Below, piece after piece: positions 38,238-47,793 of a stretch of DNA of 47,793 nucleotides. How positions within the stretch are numbered: the first letter of the stretch is position 1; every line of letters begins with the position of its first letter. The position numbers were made by a program, and so were the translations under genes. This DNA is from Chloroflexota bacterium (lineage in GTDB: Bacteria; Chloroflexota; Dehalococcoidia; Lucifugimonadales; UBA3495), in NCBI GenBank assembly GCA_027623675.1, contig JAQBVF010000027.1, forward strand, positions 1 through 47,793, read 5' to 3'. The notes beneath the pieces were generated by a model. That model was not told the DNA's origin and did not search any database. It saw only the letters and a list, made by a program, of their open reading frames with translations.

Positions 38238-38306
38238 GGAGACGAAACTCGTCTCCCCTCTGAGATTTTTCCGGTTTAGAATACTGCTTTTCTCCGGACA
38301 GTATTC
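38238..38306 (-). promoter_or_regulatory. Two hairpins in the helicase translation-initiation region
   Basis: GGAGACGA-AAC-TCGTCTCC (38238-38256) and GAATACTG-N12-CAGTATTC (38279-38306). Confidence 0.55.
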
Positions 38307-38315
38307 CAATCGCTG

Positions 38316-38594
38316 CTAGCAGTTGCCGGTAGTGACGGCGCTATCAGTCTTCGTTCCCTTGAAGAAGCAATCGCTACAATAGGCTGGCCGATCACTACGG
38401 AGCCTAAATGGCAATATCGCCTCCTTGCCACACTCAGCACAAACTGCTGGGTACATGGCTTGGGGCGACCCGCCCAATCCCCGGCACTCGGGGCAGCGCC
38501 TCGGCTTGGAGGCGAAAAACCTCTCCTCGCCGACGTTGAAGGTAAAGGGTGAACTGCATTCCACGCATTTGAAAGTTCCGTCTAAAAGCACCAT
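38316..38594 (-). CDS. Double zinc-ribbon protein (N-terminal Zn ribbon plus CxxC-x17-CxxC domain)
   Basis: CVEC..PFTF..GEERFF...PRRCPECR and MYPAVCAECGKEAILPF.....RPAYCSDCF. Confidence 0.88.
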   Translation of the reverse strand: MVLLDGTFKCVECSSPFTFNVGEERFFASKPRRCPECRGLGGSPQAMYPAVCAECGKEAILPFRLRSDRPAYCSDCFFKGTKTDSAVTTGNC

Positions 38595-38643
38595 CCGATG
38601 TCCTCCCCAAAATGCTGACTTAGATCAGTCAAATCCCATTTAA

Positions 38644-38973
38644 CTAATGCGCCACCATCGAAGGGCGTCGGTCTGTTAAGAACACTGTACCATCTTCCGC
38701 AAGGTATCCTTCGAAGACGAGGGCTTTCCTATCTCCACTGAATTGGAGCCCCAAGTCTAGATATTTCGCTTTGCCCCCTGCCCCACCCGAGATGAGCGCC
38801 GGATCAAAAACCCTGATTGATTGCACTCGCTGATTGCCTTGGCGTCCGGGTTGCCCCAGAAAACGTAGCTTTTCTACGCTCTCCGGGGTCATCCCAAACT
38901 GAGACATCAAAGTGTTCTTGACTACCGCCGGCAATTCCTGAGATCCAGATTTGCCCCACAATCTCCACTGCAT
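38644..38973 (-). CDS. Hypothetical protein, 109 aa (paralog A of an 'IRxFDPALIS' family)
   Basis: ATG 38973 with SD GGAG. 46 of 104 aligned residues are identical to the 42872-43213 product (manual alignment). Confidence 0.8.
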   Translation of the reverse strand: MQWRLWGKSGSQELPAVVKNTLMSQFGMTPESVEKLRFLGQPGRQGNQRVQSIRVFDPALISGGAGGKAKYLDLGLQFSGDRKALVFEGYLAEDGTVFLTDRRPSMVAH

Positions 38974-39034
38974 GAAGTCTCCGTCACATCCAAGAATCCG
39001 GTTTTGCCTTAGGTTATAGCCTAAAGATGCGCTG

Positions 39035-41030
<1,996 letters not shown>

Positions 41031-41196
41031 TTTATGTCTCCTTGTGTTACCTATGCGTCATATTCTTAGAGTAGGGTTCAACCAGGTCGGCTTGGGGGCA
41101 TCATAAGGGTGTTACATCAGACAGTCATTGCCACCTTTTGCGGCTTGAGATTCGGTAGAGGCTCGATTCTGGCTGCGATTCCACGCGCCCACACGG

Positions 41197-41502
41197 TTAA
41201 CGCCTCTTTGTCAGTTCCTCGATCTCCCGTTCTATGAGTGTGGAATCAAACCCCAACTTTACTGCTGATACCACGTCAAGTCGCGCCTTTTCATCTTTGT
41301 GCAGGAGTGTGTAGGCAAACGCGCGACCGGCATAAGACTCAGCCCCCTCAGGGGAGATCCGCACGGCCTCGTTGTAGTCCTTGATAGCCAGATGGTAACG
41401 GCCATAGCGCCGGTAGGCGTCGGCCCGAAGGTTGTAGGCCCTGGGACTCTTTGGGTCAAGGCGGACCGCCTGGTTATATGCCGCCATCGCTTCTTTCGTC
41501 AT
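41197..41502 (-). CDS. Short tetratricopeptide-repeat protein
   Basis: EAMAAYNQAVRLDP..PRAYNLRA, LAIKDYNEAVRISP..AESYAGRA. About 2.5 TPRs; start uncertain and possibly truncated. Confidence 0.78.
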   Translation of the reverse strand: MTKEAMAAYNQAVRLDPKSPRAYNLRADAYRRYGRYHLAIKDYNEAVRISPEGAESYAGRAFAYTLLHKDEKARLDVVSAVKLGFDSTLIEREIEELTKRR

Positions 41503-41624
41503 TTCTTCTACGCTTACTCCAAAGGCTTGGCCTGCCGTCTGATGAACTGCGCAGGAACCAGATTGGAATGAAAGTTTATAAAATTGGAATATCCAGGGTT
41601 CCAAGGGCGGTCAGGCTAAGGTCA

Positions 41625-41654
41625 TACGGGGCACGGGGTACGGGGTACGGCGTA
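41625..41654. repeat. Heptamer tandem repeat (TACGGGG) x ~4
   Basis: TACGGGG-CACGGGG-TACGGGG-TACGGCG-TA just beyond the DedA/VTT stop codon. Confidence 0.7.
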
Positions 41655-41665
41655 GGGCTTTGTCT

Positions 41666-42304
41666 TTAGGCGGCGGTAGCCAAAGCCGACTCGGAATTCC
41701 GACGAGACCAGACCATCCCAAATAGTGTCGGAATCAAAGCAACGATGAAACCCATCAGGAGCACGTACATCAGGGGGATGGTTAGCCAAGAGCTCGCAAC
41801 GGCCAAAAGATAGTACCGGGGCGCCCGGCCGATGACGTTGGCGGATACATAAGGCAGCAACGGGTAGTTAGAACTGAGGGCCAGTATCCGAACCGGAAAG
41901 AATGGAAGCGGCGTGAAAGCGAAGACCACGATGGTCCACCACGGTTGCCAGTAGAAGCACCGGACCGCGGCCTGATAGAAAGATGTCCGTTTCAATGGCT
42001 CCAACCGTCGAATCCCCAAGACTTTTTTGACGGTGAAGTAGTCGATGAGGGATGCCGTTACAGTAGCCAGGCTAAATAGGCCCACCACCAAGCCGGGGTT
42101 GTAGAGGGTGCCGGCATAGATTACCGCAGGCTCCTGAGGGATCACGGTACCGGGCAGGAAATACCAAACATAACCGGCCAGATGCCACCATTCCCCAATC
42201 AATAACCCAATCAATAACGTCCCCAGCAGAGCGGGGGCTATCGCTGCAGCCACCCATAGCATTGGGGTACGACGGGCCTCCTTGAACAGGAACGCACCGG
42301 TCAA
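41666..42304 (-). CDS. DedA/VTT (SNARE-associated) family membrane protein
   Basis: IPQEPAVIYAG, ASLIDY, FAFTPLPF..VRILA, IGRAPRYYLLA, several TM segments. Confidence 0.8.
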   Translation of the reverse strand: MTGAFLFKEARRTPMLWVAAAIAPALLGTLLIGLLIGEWWHLAGYVWYFLPGTVIPQEPAVIYAGTLYNPGLVVGLFSLATVTASLIDYFTVKKVLGIRRLEPLKRTSFYQAAVRCFYWQPWWTIVVFAFTPLPFFPVRILALSSNYPLLPYVSANVIGRAPRYYLLAVASSWLTIPLMYVLLMGFIVALIPTLFGMVWSRRNSESALATAA

Positions 42305-42413
42305 TTCAGTCTCCTATCGCTCCAACTACAACCGTTTTCTAGGCCAATACAGCCTCCATCAAAAACGATCTGCAATTTAGGTTTGCATTGGCTCACAGGT
42401 TCGATCAGTCCTG

Positions 42414-42422
42414 TGCTATACT
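42414..42422 (+). promoter_or_regulatory. Extended -10 promoter element candidate
   Basis: TGcTATACT upstream of the wHTH gene, followed by two ACATGA boxes. Confidence 0.38.
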
Positions 42423-42511
42423 AGACATGAACTTCAAACCCTGATAAATAAAACATGATAATGATAGCATATGTCCCACCTTAAGGCAACAGATTGAATG
42501 GACTAGAGAAC

Positions 42512-42811
42512 ATGCCTCCATGGGAATTCATTACTAACCACGGCGCCGTGCTCATCATGGTTTTCCAGCATCCGAAAATCACCGGTAGAGAAATCTCCCA
42601 GCAGATCGGCATTACCGAGAGAGCCGTGCTCAGAATCGTCGCCGACTTGGACGACGCGGGCTACATAGCAAGGACAAAAGAAGGCCGGACCAATACCTAT
42701 ACCGTGAACCAAGACCTACCTCTGCCTGGTCCGATCCTAAAGGACGTAGCCGTGGGGGACCTGCTAGACGTTCTGAAGATCGGTTCCCCAGATTTCGCCA
42801 CCAACGACTAA
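42512..42811 (+). CDS. Winged helix-turn-helix transcriptional regulator (MarR/ArsR-like small family)
   Basis: WEFITNHGAVL...GREISQQIGITERAVLRIVADL..AGYI.RTKEGRTN.Y. Confidence 0.87.
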   Translation: MPPWEFITNHGAVLIMVFQHPKITGREISQQIGITERAVLRIVADLDDAGYIARTKEGRTNTYTVNQDLPLPGPILKDVAVGDLLDVLKIGSPDFATND

Positions 42812-42871
42812 CCTCCTTAAGTAACCTCCTCAAGCCTGAATCGATCTAAGACTCGCAAAGGACGGTAACTC

Positions 42872-43213
42872 ATGAATCTGTTGTTTTGGACTGGATCAAA
42901 ATCCCAGGAGCTAACTCAGGCAGTTCGCGCGAACTTGGAGTCCGAGTTTAAGGTTGGGCCCGAATCGTTGGCGAAACTCAGTTCCCTTGAAAAGAATGGG
43001 AAATTCGCCGGTCGAAAGGTGAGGTTTATCCGAATCTTCGATCCCGCTCTTATATCCAACAGCGATGGGTCCAAGCTAAAATACCAAGACTTCCAGGAAA
43101 CTGAAGACCGCGAAGCTCTTCGGTTTGAAGGGCACATCGAACTGAATGGACCGATCTACCTGGCGGACCGTCGTCCGAAGGTTGCCAACGGATTAACTCA
43201 GGATTCCGATTAA
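42872..43213 (+). CDS. Hypothetical protein, 113 aa (paralog B of the 'IRxFDPALIS' family)
   Basis: Shares SQEL, PES..KL, IRxFDPALIS, KY.D, DR.AL.FEG and L.DRRP with 38644-38973. SD AAGGA. Confidence 0.8.
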   Translation: MNLLFWTGSKSQELTQAVRANLESEFKVGPESLAKLSSLEKNGKFAGRKVRFIRIFDPALISNSDGSKLKYQDFQETEDREALRFEGHIELNGPIYLADRRPKVANGLTQDSD

Positions 43214-43431
43214 CTGGGCGCAGTGTCTGCGGCATTATTGGATCACTTAAATCTGTAGAATCCCCATCCTCGGCCGCCGGCCACTAACGACATTAGGGGA
43301 TTGCAGGGGAACCAGTCTTTGACTCCAATCATTAACTCTGGAACATTGAGTTTGGGATTCTAGATGAGTCTCCGAAACAAGCAAAACTGTGCTGACGATA
43401 CCGACGGTCAACCTAGTCTGATGGGACTCTG

Positions 43432-43632
43432 ATGGAAACGGCTATCGGGTACCTTGGATTGGTCGCAGCCGTGATTCGGTCGGGATTGAAAGACGAGAGT
43501 TGGGAATATCCGCTGACCGACGACGGCCGGTACTGGTGTGGCTTGGCCAACATTGATCCTGAGCACGTTTCTAAGAGAGCCACCAAGTCATTCCTTAAAA
43601 ATTCTGTCCCGGTTCCGCAGAACCAGGAGTGA
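43432..43632 (+). CDS. Hypothetical small protein (66 aa)
   Basis: ATG with weak SD (GGGA). Protein-like composition (LVAAVIRSGLKD...YWCGLANIDPEHV). No family recognised. Confidence 0.45.
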   Translation: METAIGYLGLVAAVIRSGLKDESWEYPLTDDGRYWCGLANIDPEHVSKRATKSFLKNSVPVPQNQE

Positions 43633-43933
43633 TTGGACGGACGCAGGAATGAAATTCTGGGCGGCCTCCTCTCACCGGGTTGAGTAACACATCGGCGAAC
43701 GCCCGATTATCTAGCGGCGCCGTTTGGACCGAGTTGGACGAGCACGTCGGCCCGTCAGCACTGGAACTTCACCCCGTAAACCGCCACAGTCGGGCCGTAT
43801 CCCATGGTGACTCCACCACAGATTACTGAGATCCTCGTTTCGCTCTGCTGGATACCCACACCGCTCCAACGTGAATCCCCAACGCATCAAGACAGACCAG
43901 GCTTTGATCGTTTCGGGTCGGATACCTGGCGCC

Positions 43934-44199
43934 GGATTGCATTCTTAATTTCATCTCTTGTGCTGTAGATTCAGACATCAGATCTATCTTTTTCATGGGC
44001 AACGCGATGCTATGGGCATGAACCTAATCAAATTGGTAGACCGATTTCGTCCTGAAGATAGGTGCAGGGGACACTTGGAAACTCTGAGTTGGCCTGCTGG
44101 GGTTGCTTGTCTCCGCGGTGGGAGCGACGCGCCATTTGTAGGAGGCAAAAAGATCGCAGGTCCTGATTCTACCGCAGCCTAGCGTGAAGTATGCAGTCT
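43934..44199 (+). mobile_element. Internally deleted, degenerate IS1595-family remnant
   Basis: From 44018: MNLIKLVDRFRPEDRCRGHLETLSWPAGVACLRGGS, matching the IS1595 transposase N-terminus with a decayed CPRCG. Imperfect terminal inverted repeats GGATTGCATTCTT (43934-43946) and AAGTATGCAGTCT (44187-44199), 10/13. Confidence 0.62.
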
Positions 44200-44254
44200 C
44201 GGGTACTTTAATCGTTAAGGTTAAGACTGGCTTCCGGGTCGATACCACATTCCC

Positions 44255-44297
44255 AATAAACGAGGCGCCCCAGGCTTCCAACGAGCCTGAGGCGCCT
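44255..44297 (-). terminator. Probable intrinsic terminator of the groES2-groEL2 transcription unit
   Basis: 14-bp stem with one mismatch (44263-44276/44284-44297), followed on the minus strand by CGTTTATT. A second hairpin GGGGAGG/CCTCCCC lies at 44313-44331. Confidence 0.55.
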
Positions 44298-44411
44298 GAT
44301 TCGTTTAACGCCGGGGAGGTTGGTCCTCCCCCAAACCTTTATTCCCGCCTGGATGTTGGTCCCGCTGACTCTGGAACGGGTTCAGCAGCCAGCGCGGCCT
44401 GGGACGCCGGA

Positions 44412-44606
44412 TCACGTCCTTGCTTCAGCCGAGAGGCGGTCCAGTGACCAAGGTTGGAATCCCGACTTGATCTCATCGTCTCCGTCCAGCAAGACCCAAA
44501 GTTGGCCGCCACTGGAATATTTGATCGTGCCCTGCCTTCCCTGGTATTCGACGCGGCGGCCGTTCACTGTGACCCGGTCGCCGACTTTAAATTCGTGGTT
44601 AGCCAT
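44412..44606 (-). CDS. Small SH3/KOW-like beta-barrel protein (64 aa)
   Basis: FKVGDRVTV...YQGRQGTI.....LWVLLDG pattern. SD AAGGAG. Confidence 0.65.
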   Translation of the reverse strand: MANHEFKVGDRVTVNGRRVEYQGRQGTIKYSSGGQLWVLLDGDDEIKSGFQPWSLDRLSAEART

Positions 44607-44731
44607 GCATTTTCTCCTTCTGCATTCAAGAATGAATCAGGAACCAGCGGCCAGCGTCTGGCAGCGAAACAAGCCACTGGACCAAGATCTACACCCGATC
44701 CGCCAAAACACCGGTCGATGAGCGAAAGCAG

Positions 44732-45013
44732 TTAGGACACCAGCACATCCTTCTCGACCATCTCCGGTATCCGCCACTCATTTGAGTCGAAAGATCCCGA
44801 GGCGGTCGAACCTATACCTGCGGATAAGTCCGGTTTGCTCCAATCCGTGGCCGTGATGTAGTTCTTAAACTCCCGCCCCTCACCACACAATCTGCACACT
44901 CCCGGACTCACCAGTCCGATAGGCGGTTCGATGACCCAATGATGTACGCAAGCCGACTTCGCACAGTTTTCCCGGTCCGGCCCGATGATCGCGTTCTTCA
45001 TCTCTTCAATCAC
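44732..45013 (-). CDS. Hypothetical Zn-ribbon-like protein (CxHHW...CxxC)
   Basis: CVHHWVIEPPIGLVSPGVCRLCGEGREFKN. Start at GTG 45013 or ATG 45001. Confidence 0.7.
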   Translation of the reverse strand: MIEEMKNAIIGPDRENCAKSACVHHWVIEPPIGLVSPGVCRLCGEGREFKNYITATDWSKPDLSAGIGSTASGSFDSNEWRIPEMVEKDVLVS

Positions 45014-45109
45014 CTCTTAAGTACAGCTGACCGCACGGTATCAATGATTCCGATTACCCCGTGATCTAATGTGCATCTGGACATCACTACTGGGAAACCG
45101 TTTGATGCT

Positions 45110-46729
45110 CTAGAAATCCATGGGCGGCATGGCTGGTGCGACAGGCTCTTTCTCGTCAACCTCTGCAATCATGGATTCGGTGGTCAGCACCAACGATGCT
45201 ACGCTGGCCGCGTTCTGGAGAGCCGAGCGAGTTACCTTGACGGGGTCCACGATGCCCCGCTCCAACATTGGGCCGTATTCGCCCAAGTCGGAATCGAACC
45301 CGTAGTCATCGGCTTGGTGTTTCACCCGATCGAGGACCACCGAGCCCTCAAATCCAGAGTTGTTGGCGATATAACGAAGGGGCTCTTCCAGGGACCGGCG
45401 AATGATATCGACACCCACCAGTTCATCCCTAGACATGCCATTCAGGTTGGCCAGAGCTCGCTGGGCCCGCACCAGGGCAACACCGCCGCCTGGAACGATT
45501 CCCTCCTCCACAGCCGAGCGGGTCGCGGAGAGGGCATCCTCTACCCTAGCCTTCCGTTCTTTAAGCTCCACTTCCGTGGCCGCTCCAACTTTGATAACGG
45601 CTACGCCGCCCGAGAGCTTGGCCATACGCTCTTGGAGTTTTTCACGGTCATAGTCCGAGGTGGTTTCTTCGATCTGTGCCTTGATCTGTTTGATGCGGGC
45701 CTGGATCAACTCATCCTTCCCGTAGCCTTCAACGATCGTGGTGTCGTCCTTCGTTGCGGTCACCCTTCTAGCCAGGCCAAAGGCATCCATCTCAGCGGTG
45801 TCGAGTTTCCTCCCGGTCTCATCGCTGATCACGGTGGCGCCGGTCAACAAAGCGATGTCCTCTAACATGGCCTTGCGGCGGTCGCCGAACCCTGGCGCTT
45901 TAACCGCTAGCACATTCAGGGTCCCCCGTAACTTATTCACGACCAGCGTCGCCAGCGCTTCGCCGTCCACGTCTTCAGCAACGATCACGACGTCTTTCTT
46001 TCCGGCTTGCAGCAGCTTTTCCAACACGGCCAGAAAATCGGAAACAGCCGAGATCTTCTTAGTGGTGACAATGATGGTCGGGTTTTCGATCACCGCCTCC
46101 ATGCGGCCGGAATCGGTGATGAAGTACGGAGATATATAACCGCGGTCGAACTGCATGCCTTCGACGTATTCGATCTCATCCTTAAGCCCATTCGACTCTT
46201 CGACGGTGATGACTCCGTCTTTCCCTACCTTCTCCATCGCTTCTGCGATGGTGTTGCCGATGGCGTCTTCGTGGGCTGACAGGCTCGCGACTTGACCGAT
46301 TCGTTCGCGGGTCTCAACCGGTTCGGCCATCCTTTTGACTTCATCGACAACAGCACCGACGGCCGCCTCGATGCCGCGCCTGATGGCCATCGGGTCGGCG
46401 CCGGCCGTTACGTTCTTAAAACCATCATTGATGATGGCCTGCGCCAAGACCACGGAAGTGGTGGTGCCATCACCGGCGTCGTCATTCGTCTTAGCAGCTG
46501 CTTCCTTGAGCAGACGCGCGCCCATGTTCTCAAACTTGTCCGGCAACTCGATCTCTTTGGCGATGGTCACCCCGTCGCTGCAGATCTGAGGCGCGCCGAA
46601 GCTTTTGTCCAAGATGACGTTGCGGCCCTTGGGTCCAAGAGTCACTTTGACGCACTCAGCCAAAGTGTCGATGCCCACTCTGATCGCCCTTCGTGCTTCT
46701 TCAGAACGGGCTAATTGTTTCGCAGGCAT
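45110..46729 (-). CDS. groEL: Chaperonin GroEL (copy 2, 539 aa)
   Basis: Same diagnostic motifs as copy 1. SD AAGGAG. Confidence 0.97.
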   Translation of the reverse strand: MPAKQLARSEEARRAIRVGIDTLAECVKVTLGPKGRNVILDKSFGAPQICSDGVTIAKEIELPDKFENMGARLLKEAAAKTNDDAGDGTTTSVVLAQAIINDGFKNVTAGADPMAIRRGIEAAVGAVVDEVKRMAEPVETRERIGQVASLSAHEDAIGNTIAEAMEKVGKDGVITVEESNGLKDEIEYVEGMQFDRGYISPYFITDSGRMEAVIENPTIIVTTKKISAVSDFLAVLEKLLQAGKKDVVIVAEDVDGEALATLVVNKLRGTLNVLAVKAPGFGDRRKAMLEDIALLTGATVISDETGRKLDTAEMDAFGLARRVTATKDDTTIVEGYGKDELIQARIKQIKAQIEETTSDYDREKLQERMAKLSGGVAVIKVGAATEVELKERKARVEDALSATRSAVEEGIVPGGGVALVRAQRALANLNGMSRDELVGVDIIRRSLEEPLRYIANNSGFEGSVVLDRVKHQADDYGFDSDLGEYGPMLERGIVDPVKVTRSALQNAASVASLVLTTESMIAEVDEKEPVAPAMPPMDF

Positions 46730-46754
46730 TCCTGGTCTCCTTCTACGACTACGT

Positions 46755-47069
46755 TCAGTTCAGCTTTGCCAGGACATCACTTTCCCGCACCAGGAGATAC
46801 TCGTCTGCTCCGAACTTGTATTCGGTCCCGGTAAACTTGGAGTAGATCACTGTGTCGCCGACGGAAAGCTCCATCGGCACCCTTTTTCCATCTTCGGTGA
46901 CCCGCCCTGGTCCAATGGCGATCACCTCACCCTCCTGGGGCTTCTCTTTCGCGGTGTCGGGCAGCACGATCCCGCCCTTGGTGACCTCTTGACTTTCCGA
47001 GGGCTTAACGACAACCCTGTCCCTCAAGGGACTGAAGTTGACTGAAGTTCGTTCTTGGGCTTGTACCAC
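46755..47069 (-). CDS. groES: Co-chaperonin GroES (copy 2)
   Basis: [36 protein letters not shown]. Real start is GTG 47069 with SD AAGGAG. Confidence 0.95.
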   Translation of the reverse strand: MVQAQERTSVNFSPLRDRVVVKPSESQEVTKGGIVLPDTAKEKPQEGEVIAIGPGRVTEDGKRVPMELSVGDTVIYSKFTGTEYKFGADEYLLVRESDVLAKLN

Positions 47070-47121
47070 GGTTTTGCTCCTTGATTTGATTGGGTAATTG
47101 ATCGGCGAATCCATCGGCCAA

Positions 47122-47322
47122 TTAAGCGGCATCTCCGCCAGGCTGACGTTTGTAATCGGTGGTGTAGAAACCTCGTCCTTTGTAAATAACTGGCACAGCG
47201 TGGTATCGCCGGCTGCTGGGTCCGTTGCAATCCGGGCATTGTGCCCATGGCCCATCACTAAATCTCTGCTTTAGCTCAAAGTCATGGCTGCAACGGCCGC
47301 AGTGGTATACGTATATCGGCAT
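47122..47322 (-). CDS. FmdB family zinc-ribbon putative regulatory protein
   Basis: [14 protein letters not shown]...CPDC......[20 protein letters not shown]. Confidence 0.9.
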   Translation of the reverse strand: MPIYVYHCGRCSHDFELKQRFSDGPWAQCPDCNGPSSRRYHAVPVIYKGRGFYTTDYKRQPGGDAA

Positions 47323-47367
47323 CATCGAACTCCTGATTGAAAAGGCGGACCGTCATTTACCGCGGGG

Positions 47368-47586
47368 CTAGTCTCGGGATCCGTAATAGCGGACCCCGGG
47401 TGATGGGACGCTGTAGAACCAACAACCATCATCGGGTTGGAGTGGCGCGGCGCTCCCGATAGTTCGCTCGACGATACCGATCACTTGTTCCGCAGCGGTA
47501 CCGTTCAGTGGCTCCGGCTCGGCCGCCAATCCTCCCGCGATGCCCGCAAGATCGCTTTCCATGACTCGCAAGTCATTTGTGGGCAT
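47368..47586 (-). CDS. Hypothetical small protein (~72 aa)
   Basis: ATG 47586 to TAG 47368, co-oriented and 43 nt upstream of the FmdB-family gene. The track's longer N-terminus is antisense IS sequence. Confidence 0.4.
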   Translation of the reverse strand: MPTNDLRVMESDLAGIAGGLAAEPEPLNGTAAEQVIGIVERTIGSAAPLQPDDGCWFYSVPSPGVRYYGSRD

Positions 47587-47602
47587 TATCGAATCCGTTG
47601 TG

Positions 47603-47793
47603 TGAGGTGGACCCGGTTTTTCAGACAACTGGTTAAGTGAGAGTCCCGCTCCTAAAATGACGGACAGCGGTTGCTGTCGTGAGGAGGAGTGGGACATGTC
47701 GAAGGGACGAAGGAAGCACAGCCCAGCGTTCAAGGCCAAGGTGGCCCTGGAGGCGGTCAAGGGAGAGGAGACGGTGGCCCAATTGGCCGCCCG
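47603..47793 (+). mobile_element. IS3-family insertion sequence, left end (runs off the window)
   Basis: 5'-TG end TGAGGTGGACCCGGTTTTTCAGACA (IRL-like), followed by SD GAGGAGGAG and the OrfA start. Confidence 0.85.
47696..47793 (+). CDS. IS3-family transposase OrfA, N-terminal fragment
   Basis: MSKGRRKHSPAFKAKVALEAVKGEETVAQLAA, a typical HTH_Tnp_1 start. Confidence 0.9.
   Translation, partial: MSKGRRKHSPAFKAKVALEAVKGEETVAQLAA

Noticed and set aside
43707..43805. Tiny ORF MGYGPTVAVYGVKFQC-TGA-RADVLVQLGPNGAAR as a second selenopeptide
   Set aside because: Only 32 codons, no recognisable family and only a weak, ambiguous hairpin. It cannot be distinguished from chance without homologs.
44140..44182. 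Minus-strand GGCTGCGGTAGAATCAGGACCTGCGATCTT resembling a tRNA 3' end / att site
   Set aside because: No GTTCRA T-loop, acceptor stem or CCA, and no integrase nearby. Better explained as part of the IS1595 remnant.
47070..47258. Extended 167-aa GroES (and likewise the 571-aa GroEL and the 140-aa ORF at 38644-39066)
   Set aside because: The extensions overlap neighbouring real genes. Downstream starts with good SD sequences give normal lengths.

Overview
This is a GC-rich bacterial window whose gene repertoire is typical of Chloroflexota/Dehalococcoidia, SAR202-like; the taxonomy is an inference. That repertoire includes three luciferase-like monooxygenases, two GMC oxidoreductases, a Mo-hydroxylase large subunit, MmgE/PrpD, an amidohydrolase, an aryl-sulfate sulfotransferase and a family-5 SBP. 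Bases 1-36.6 kb are mostly catabolic and transport genes. Two things there are missed by the ORF track. (i) ORFs 2762-3043 and 2480-2740 are one in-frame gene joined by a TGA in a G-D-U-G-S-C motif with a SECIS-like hairpin right after it. This is a UGSC-type selenoprotein, transcribed behind its WTDGLPVVPPT/NAVMAGC partner gene. (ii) The DinB gene at 17.3-17.9 kb carries a +1 frameshift. Bases 36.7-47.8 kb form a distinct accessory block. It holds two diverged groES-groEL operons sharing unusual motifs and lacking CIRCE, a DEAD-box helicase with a long disordered N-terminus and a structured leader, and three different small Zn-ribbon proteins. It also holds an SH3/KOW-like miniprotein, TPR, DedA/VTT and wHTH genes, two ~44%-identical paralogs of an unrecognised ~110-aa family, an internally deleted IS1595 remnant and the left end of an IS3 element. 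This chaperone/RNA-remodelling island and the selenoprotein module are the best candidates for under-described systems. No rRNA, tRNA or CRISPR array was seen.
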